DNA of 34,031 nt, taken from NCBI GenBank assembly GCA_040770465.1, contig JAXGJB010000032.1, positions 1 to 34,031 of the forward strand. The letters run 5' to 3'. A program made the position numbers and the translations under genes. The stretch comes from Methanothrix sp. (GTDB lineage: Archaea > Halobacteriota > Methanosarcinia > Methanotrichales > Methanotrichaceae). Shown here in pieces: positions 28,225 through 34,031 of the stretch. The notes under the pieces are model-generated. The model did not search any database. It was given only the letters and a program-made list of their open reading frames with translations, and was not told where the DNA came from. Position 1 is the first letter of the stretch; the number at the start of each line of letters is the position of its first letter.

Positions 28225-29642
28225 CCGAGTCCAAACTGCCGAATAAAGAGAGCTTCAGCGAATGGTATCACGAGCTATTGAAGTCGGGGGAGATCATCGA
28301 CGTCCGGTATCCCGTCAAGGGGATGTGCGTCTGGTATCCCTTCGGCTTCGCCCTTAGAAGGAACGTCTACGACCTGATGAGGGAGCTCCTCGACCCCGAC
28401 CACCAGGAGACCCAGTTTCCTCTTCTGATCCCCGAGACCGAGTTCATGAAGGAGGCAGAGCACATCAAGGGGTTCGAGGACGAGGTATACTGGGTGACCC
28501 ACGGCGGGACAAGCCCCCTGGAGATCAAGCTCGCGCTGCGGCCCACCAGCGAGACGGCGATCTACCCCATCTTCAAGCTCTGGGTGAGAAGCCACGCCGA
28601 CCTCCCCCTCAAGATCTATCAGATCGTCAACACCTTCAGGTACGAGACGAAGCACACCCGCCCCCTCATAAGGCTCCGAGAGATCACGTCTTTCAAGGAG
28701 GCGCACACCGTCCACGCGACCTGGGATGAGGCTGCCGAGCAGGTGGAGGCTGCCCTCACCATCTACGCCGACTTCTACCGGCGGCTGGCCATACCCTTCT
28801 TATTTGCAAAGCGCCCCTCCTGGGACAAGTTCCCCGGATCCGACTACTCCATCGCCCTGGACACGGTGATGCCGGACGGGAGGACGCTTCAGATCGGGAC
28901 GGCGCACCTCCTCGGGACGAACTTCGCCACCACCTACGGGATCACCTTCGAGAACGAGGCTGGCGAGCAGGAGTTTGCAAACCAGACCTGTTACGGCGTC
29001 TCCGAGAGGTGTATCGCCGCCCTGATCTCCGTCCACGGCGACGACAAAGGCCTCGTCCTCCCCTGGTCGGTGGCCCCAGTCCAGGTGGTAATCGTCCCCA
29101 TCCTCTTCAAGGAGAAGGAGGCGACTCTGGAGGTCTGCCGAAACATCAAGGCGAAGCTCGCCGCGGCCGGGATCAGGGTTGAGATCGACGAGAGCGACGA
29201 GAGGCCGGGGGCGAAGTTCTACAAGTGGGAGATGAAGGGCGTACCCATCAGGATCGAGATCGGGCCCCGGGACATCAAGAACGGGGTCGCGGTCCTGGCA
29301 AGGCGCGACGACAAAAAGCTGACCGTCCCCCTCGACGACCTCCTGGCAACGATCCAGGCCGAGGCTGCCGACCTCCACGAGGCGATGCTGGCGAAGGCCC
29401 AAGCCTTCCTCGCGAGCAAAGTGAAGGACTGCGAGACGGTCGAGGAGGCTAGGGTCCAGACCGAGGCTGGCGTCGCCCGGGTCGGGTGGTGCGGCTCGGT
29501 GGAGTGCGGCCACAGTATCGAGGACGAGGTCGGCGCGGCCGTCCTCGGCGAGCCCTGGCGCGCCCAAGAGACCTACCAGGGAAGCTGCATCGTCTGCGGT
29601 GCCAAGACCGAGAAGTGCGCCCTTCTCGCGAGGCAGTACTGA
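28221..29642 (+). CDS. proS: Proline--tRNA ligase (archaeal type)
   Basis: [60 protein letters not shown] and C-terminal Cys clusters. Confidence 0.98.
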   Translation: MTESKLPNKESFSEWYHELLKSGEIIDVRYPVKGMCVWYPFGFALRRNVYDLMRELLDPDHQETQFPLLIPETEFMKEAEHIKGFEDEVYWVTHGGTSPLEIKLALRPTSETAIYPIFKLWVRSHADLPLKIYQIVNTFRYETKHTRPLIRLREITSFKEAHTVHATWDEAAEQVEAALTIYADFYRRLAIPFLFAKRPSWDKFPGSDYSIALDTVMPDGRTLQIGTAHLLGTNFATTYGITFENEAGEQEFANQTCYGVSERCIAALISVHGDDKGLVLPWSVAPVQVVIVPILFKEKEATLEVCRNIKAKLAAAGIRVEIDESDERPGAKFYKWEMKGVPIRIEIGPRDIKNGVAVLARRDDKKLTVPLDDLLATIQAEAADLHEAMLAKAQAFLASKVKDCETVEEARVQTEAGVARVGWCGSVECGHSIEDEVGAAVLGEPWRAQETYQGSCIVCGAKTEKCALLARQY

Positions 29643-29694
29643 AATACCAATCGGAAATCCCGATCAGAAGCAGCAGAAGAGAGCAGCGAGGACC

Positions 29695-30627
29695 ATGAAG
29701 ATTCTGATCGCCGAGTACGCCGTCGCCACGGGTCTTCCGGGGACCTACGCGGTCGAGGGGAGGGCGATGCTCTCCATCCTCGCCCGAAGCTTCGAGCGGC
29801 TCGGCCACGAGGTCGTCTACCCGACGGCGGGGCCCTCCATCGGCGCCGGGCGGGGAATCGTCCTCGGCGGCAGGACTGACGAGGATTTCGAAGATTTTCT
29901 CGCCGGGACAAACGCCGACGCTGGGCTTGTGATCGCTCCCGACGATCTGTTGCCCGGATTTCTGGAGACCCTGGAAAAAAACACCATAAACCTCGGATGC
30001 TCCCCCGCCGCTGCGAGGCTATCCGCCGACAAGCTCGCCTGCACCCGCCGTCTCGAAGAGGCGGGCGTTCCCGTCGTCGAGATCGCCGATTCGAATGACG
30101 ACGGCCCCTTCGTCCTGAAGCCGCGGTTCGGCTGCGGCTCTGAGAGGATGGAGCTGGTCGATGAGTTGCCTGAAAACCTGGGCGACCGGATCGCGACGAA
30201 GTACCACCGGGGCGAATCCCTCAGCGTGAGCCTCGTCGCCGCTGGCGATCGGATCCTTCCCCTTACCGTCAACAAGCAGCTCGTCAGTGTCGAGGCGGGC
30301 TTCGAGTACCAGGGTGGGATCGTACCATACCGCTCGGGCCGGGAGGAGGAGGAGATACTGAAGGCGGCGAAGATGGCGGCGCTGGCCCTGGACCTTCGAG
30401 GATACGCCGGGATCGACCTCGTCGTCGGCGACCTCCCCCGGGTGGTGGACGTGAACCCCCGGCCCACCACCTCTATCGTGGGGATCGCAAAGGTGATGCG
30501 CGAGGAGCTGGCGGATTTGATCTTGCGGGCGAGGTTTGCGAGCTTGCCGGAGAGGGTGGCTGTGGAAGGGGAGTGCAAGTTCAGGAAGGGAGAGCTGGAA
30601 CTGTCTCTTACGAGCACGGAGACCTAG
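29695..30627 (+). CDS. mfnD: ATP-grasp ligase, probable tyramine--L-glutamate ligase of methanofuran biosynthesis
   Basis: MKILIAEYA, EGRAML, GLVIAPD, NLGCSP, DKL, KPRFGCG, NKQ, GYAGIDLV, VDVNPRPTTS. Confidence 0.8.
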   Translation: MKILIAEYAVATGLPGTYAVEGRAMLSILARSFERLGHEVVYPTAGPSIGAGRGIVLGGRTDEDFEDFLAGTNADAGLVIAPDDLLPGFLETLEKNTINLGCSPAAARLSADKLACTRRLEEAGVPVVEIADSNDDGPFVLKPRFGCGSERMELVDELPENLGDRIATKYHRGESLSVSLVAAGDRILPLTVNKQLVSVEAGFEYQGGIVPYRSGREEEEILKAAKMAALALDLRGYAGIDLVVGDLPRVVDVNPRPTTSIVGIAKVMREELADLILRARFASLPERVAVEGECKFRKGELELSLTSTET

Positions 30628-30643
30628 GCCGAAAGCGGATCGG

Positions 30644-30877
30644 TCATCTTCTGTCGTCGTCACCCCGCGTCAGCTTCCAGAAATCCTCTTCAGAAATGCC
30701 GAGCTGCTTGAGGATCTCATAAAATAGCCATCCGCCAATTTCGCTGTTGCCGTGGATGGGGATGGTCGTCGCTCGTCCATCCGGATGCTTCCAACGGGCG
30801 TGGCTGCCTTTTTGTCGGATCTTTTGAAATCCGAGCTTTGCGGCTGCCTTTTCCAGGTCCTTAGCTTTGGCAGGCAC
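30644..30877 (-). CDS. hicA: HicA-family mRNA interferase toxin
   Basis: LGFQKIRQKGSHARWKHPDGRATTIPIH...ILKQLGIS; GTG start. Confidence 0.93.
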   Translation of the reverse strand: MPAKAKDLEKAAAKLGFQKIRQKGSHARWKHPDGRATTIPIHGNSEIGGWLFYEILKQLGISEEDFWKLTRGDDDRR

Positions 30878-31088
30878 AGACCGCCTCCAGGTCGACGTCC
30901 TGGGGCAATTGCCTTCCTTCTTCTCTGTATTCTTCTTTGATCATCTCGAAGACGTTGGCGATCTCAGCCTGCGCCTCTTCGGGAGTTCGCCCCCATGCAT
31001 GGCACCCTGGGATGGCGGGTACGTAGGCTACAAAGGTGCCGTTATCGTCCGGACGAAGGACGATTGTATAGTCGTGAAGGCGCTTCAT
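30861..31088 (-). CDS. hicB: HicB-family antitoxin (short form, no C-terminal DNA-binding domain)
   Basis: YTIVL..DDNGTFVAYVPAIPGCHAWGRTPEEA. Upstream of hicA and overlapping it. Confidence 0.93.
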   Translation of the reverse strand: MKRLHDYTIVLRPDDNGTFVAYVPAIPGCHAWGRTPEEAQAEIANVFEMIKEEYREEGRQLPQDVDLEAVCACQS

Positions 31089-31150
31089 CGGAGGTTATTT
31101 TCGCTTTTCAGAATATAAATCTTCTCTGCAAAAGGATGCCTGGTGTCATC

Positions 31151-31463
31151 TGTCGAGGCGGGCTTCGAGTACCAGGGCGGGATCGTCCCCTACCGCTCGG
31201 ACCGGGAGGAGGAGATATTGAAGGCCGCGAAGATGGCGGCCCTGGCCCTCGACCTTCGAGGCTACGCCGGGATCGACTTCGTCGTCGGCGACCTCCCGCG
31301 GGTCGTGGACGTGAACCCCCGGCCCACCACCTCCATCGTCGGGATCGCCAAAGTGATGCGCGAGGAGCTGGCGGATTTGATCTTGAGGGCGAGGTTTGCA
31401 AGCTTGCCGGAGAGGGTGGCGGTGGAGGGGGAGTGCGTTTTTACCAAATTTGAGCTTATATAA
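31151..31463 (+). pseudogene. Orphan C-terminal third of an mfnD homologue
   Basis: Open frame VEAGFEYQGG...AVEGEC nearly identical to MfnD, but with a different tail (VFTKFELI versus KFRKGELELSLTSTET) and no N-terminal domains. Confidence 0.9.
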
Positions 31464-31547
31464 TCTTGTGAATGTTAACATGGCGATTTCATATAGTCGC
31501 CACTTCTAGTTTGCCTAATTGGCGAAAGAGAATTATTCTAGATATAG

Positions 31548-32018
31548 CTATACACTGCCAAAAAAGCGATCACATGCATCTTTAACACATAAAACTGTAA
31601 TAGACATGTTTCCCTCCAAGAATTGTTTAATATTTTCATTGTAATCAGAATCCTCTGTAACTAATGTCTTATTTTTTGACCTAAAACAAACTGCAACAAA
31701 TTTTCGATCATCTGGATCAAATACTAATCGATCTAATTCCCTTTTTTGTCGCCGTGTCAGACTACCGTCGTAAATTTTAAATGACCTACTTACAAACTTT
31801 CCGAATAATATTTTGGATAGTTCGCATCCAGGGTATGTCCTCTTTTCGCGTTCCATTACCTCTAAACAAGTCCGATACTCTCTTTCTATATTTCTTTGAA
31901 TATCTACAGAAATCCTGTCATTGTTATGTAATATATTCATCAAAAGTGTTATGGCATCAGTTTCGTTCTTTCCTACAGCATAAAATAGGCAAGTGTCTAT
32001 TGTCCATTCATAGTTCAT
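31548..32018 (-). CDS. PIN-domain-like nuclease
   Basis: WTIDTC (Asp after strand 1), IEREY, DPDDRKFVAVC and LVTEDSDY give the PIN acidic tetrad pattern. AT-rich. Confidence 0.75.
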   Translation of the reverse strand: MNYEWTIDTCLFYAVGKNETDAITLLMNILHNNDRISVDIQRNIEREYRTCLEVMEREKRTYPGCELSKILFGKFVSRSFKIYDGSLTRRQKRELDRLVFDPDDRKFVAVCFRSKNKTLVTEDSDYNENIKQFLEGNMSITVLCVKDACDRFFGSV

Positions 32019-32028
32019 CTAGATCATC

Positions 32029-33336
32029 TCATGAAGTCGATTCTGATATAGCCTTAAGATGCTCAAAAGCTTCTATGACATCCTCCTCAAAAAAACCTTC
32101 TGGAAATGATTCATATTGACCTTGATCATTTAAAGTTACTCTTTGTATTTTTGTACCTTCAGGTGTGGGCTTAAAATAATAAATTGCAATATCACTTGCA
32201 TTAATTTTATTTTCAGCAATGCGACGGCGTACGCGGGATAGCATATGCTCGCTATGAGTTTCGACAATAAATGTGCGGTTATTTTCTTTAGTAGCCTTAA
32301 TAAATAAATCTCCAAGAATAGATTGGGCCTTTGGATGTAAATGTATCTCGGGCTGTTCTATTAAAATTACGCTGTCCGATGGTGCATAAAAACTCTCAAT
32401 AATGATAGGCAATGTCTGGGATGCCCCGAAGCCAATATCCGCGATGTTCACCTCGGTTTCCGTCTGAGGGTCTACGATGTTTACTATATAGTAATTACCT
32501 TTCCTAACTCTAGTTAATTTTATATCCTGCGCTATATCGAATTTCTTTAACCAATTTCGAACTTCATTCTCAACTTTGCTATCGCTTCGATGAGATAGCC
32601 ATAATACATCAACTGCGCGTTCACCCCTTATTCCTACATCAGGAGGTGATTGCCCGCTAGTTATATAAAACCTTCTAGGATAATCACGAAGCGGGCCTAA
32701 GTAGAAAAAATCACGGAGGACATCTTCGATTATTAAATTCAATTTCCAATATATTCTAGGTGGAAGTCGTCCCTTCAAATTTTCTTCAAATGTTTCACCT
32801 TTTTTTAGCGATGGGACGAAATTATAGAATTTCAATGGGAATACATTATTATATTTTGTTATATTTTGTTCACCATTGTTTTTGTACGTGATTTTTGCAT
32901 AATATTCATTCCTATTTTTTTTATGGATAATCTGCAGCTTATATTCTTCCCCTGCAGAAATTTCTGATTTATCTAATTCGATTTGGGTCGTCTTATGATT
33001 ATATTTTAGGCTAAAATTAAAACGTATGTCACCAGGAATTTCCATTTTATCGAATCTAGCTGGCGTAGTTAATTCCATCGAAATACTTATGTTTCTCTTA
33101 CTCTCGCCTTTATATACAAATTCAGGATAAGCACCAAGCTGAATCCAGTTATCATTTGCTATTAAAGCGTTATGAAAATCAGTGCTATCTACAGTTTGTT
33201 TTAATGTGAGTAGCATTTTTAAGAGACTGCTCTTGCCCGATGAATTCGGTCCTACCAGGAAAGTTAATGGACAAATCTCTAATTCATCAGTATCCTGAAA
33301 ACATTTGAAATTTTTTATACGGACCGTCTTTAGCAC
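32029..33336 (-). CDS. ABC-superfamily (AAA_15/AAA_21-like) ATPase with a DUF3696-type C-terminus
   Basis: IKNFKCF, Walker A GPNSSGKS, YLGPLR, signature IGFGASQTLP, Walker B LIEQPEIHLHP, ETHSEH and the tail GQYESFPEGFFEE. GTG start at 33336 after GGTGA. Confidence 0.9.
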   Translation of the reverse strand: MLKTVRIKNFKCFQDTDELEICPLTFLVGPNSSGKSSLLKMLLTLKQTVDSTDFHNALIANDNWIQLGAYPEFVYKGESKRNISISMELTTPARFDKMEIPGDIRFNFSLKYNHKTTQIELDKSEISAGEEYKLQIIHKKNRNEYYAKITYKNNGEQNITKYNNVFPLKFYNFVPSLKKGETFEENLKGRLPPRIYWKLNLIIEDVLRDFFYLGPLRDYPRRFYITSGQSPPDVGIRGERAVDVLWLSHRSDSKVENEVRNWLKKFDIAQDIKLTRVRKGNYYIVNIVDPQTETEVNIADIGFGASQTLPIIIESFYAPSDSVILIEQPEIHLHPKAQSILGDLFIKATKENNRTFIVETHSEHMLSRVRRRIAENKINASDIAIYYFKPTPEGTKIQRVTLNDQGQYESFPEGFFEEDVIEAFEHLKAISESTS

Positions 33337-33682
33337 TGTAATCACCCAGTGTACCAATCAGATATCCATATATTTGAGAGTATTGGCGTGAGGCCAAAAA
33401 CGCCGAACATCACCTATCGGCGCTAGATAAAGCCGAGCCGCCCTTTGGATCCAGACATGAGGCGAATATCAGCGCCCCCGCTGCCCATCCCCATCACCGC
33501 GCCGGTCGGGCGCATCATCTCCAGCGTCCCGAAACCCACGCCGCGCGCCTCCCGGCCGATCGGTCCTCGGGCGCCCTCGACCCGCGGGCGGCGTGCTCGG
33601 CCACAAAATGATCTGACCACGAACGAAAGTGCGTAAGAGGACTTTGAGAGGATGCCAGAAAGGGGGGGGTACTTTTCCCAGG

Positions 33683-34031
33683 TCAAGAGGGATCGTCGCC
33701 CTCAAGTCTGATAATGGCCTCCATCTCGTTGAGCACGTCCTCAACGAAGACTTCCCGGCACTCCGAGACGTTCTTCTCGCTCTCGATATGAAGATGATGC
33801 GGGAAGGTCTTCACCTATGGCCAGTGGGGAGCGTTGTCCCACCTTCGCACCATATTCTCCTCTTTTTGAACGTGGTAGGAATAACGCCTGAAGTCCCTGC
33901 CCAATGCTTCGTTTATGTGGAGGACGTATCCACCCTCGAGCTTTGCAACGGCCCGGAGCGCCTGTCTTCCGGGCTCCTGGACCAATACAACAACTTCCAT
34001 CTCCTCGACGACCTCGCTGGAAGAGAGGGCG
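33683..34031 (-). pseudogene. DUF6516/TumE-like gene with an in-frame TAG; 5' end lies outside the window
   Basis: RYSYH...RRWDNAPHWP*VKTFPHHLH...EDVLNEME. The family motif continues in frame past TAG at 33815-33817 to TGA at 33683-33685. Confidence 0.8.

Larger units (their letters stand above)
30288..31436 (+). repeat. Diverged ~290-bp direct repeat of the mfnD 3' end flanking hicBA
   Basis: 30288-30576 versus 31151-31436: 20 substitutions and one 3-bp indel by hand alignment. Confidence 0.95.

Noticed and set aside
33423-33605. GC-rich patch reading RGVGFGTLEMMRPTGAVMG on the minus strand, faintly like an MFS transporter loop
   Set aside because: Too short and frameshifted to support a call, though it could be another gene-fragment anchor between cargo blocks.

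Overview
Chromosomal window from a GC-rich methanogenic archaeon; gene content and gene style suggest Methanothrix/Methanocrinis, which is an inference. The housekeeping backbone is glnA, purD, kae1, cobQ, proS, an mfnD-like ATP-grasp ligase, tRNA-Trp with a C/D-box intron, tRNA-Lys(CTT) and tRNA-Ala(GGC). Four accessory zones interrupt it. (1) An orphan CRISPR array (17 repeats of 36 bp, 16 spacers, minus-strand orientation, leader on the right, no cas genes) lies between remnants of a DNA ligase and a probable family-B polymerase. (2) A five-gene minus-strand cluster is built around a signal-peptide-less M6 metalloprotease. The protease C-terminal ~72-aa domain is also encoded as two near-identical stand-alone genes, followed by a disordered protein with repeated xPxP motifs and a small beta-rich protein. 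This is the best candidate for an undescribed system. (3) A lower-GC island (~15.3-21.6 kb) holds two secreted DUF11-type proteins, a tandem-domain Cys-protease-like protein and several gene remnants. (4) A toxin-antitoxin/defence zone after mfnD contains hicBA, a diverged second copy of the mfnD 3' end, an ABC-ATPase plus PIN pair and an amber-interrupted TumE-like gene. Family names come from motif recognition only; no searches were run.
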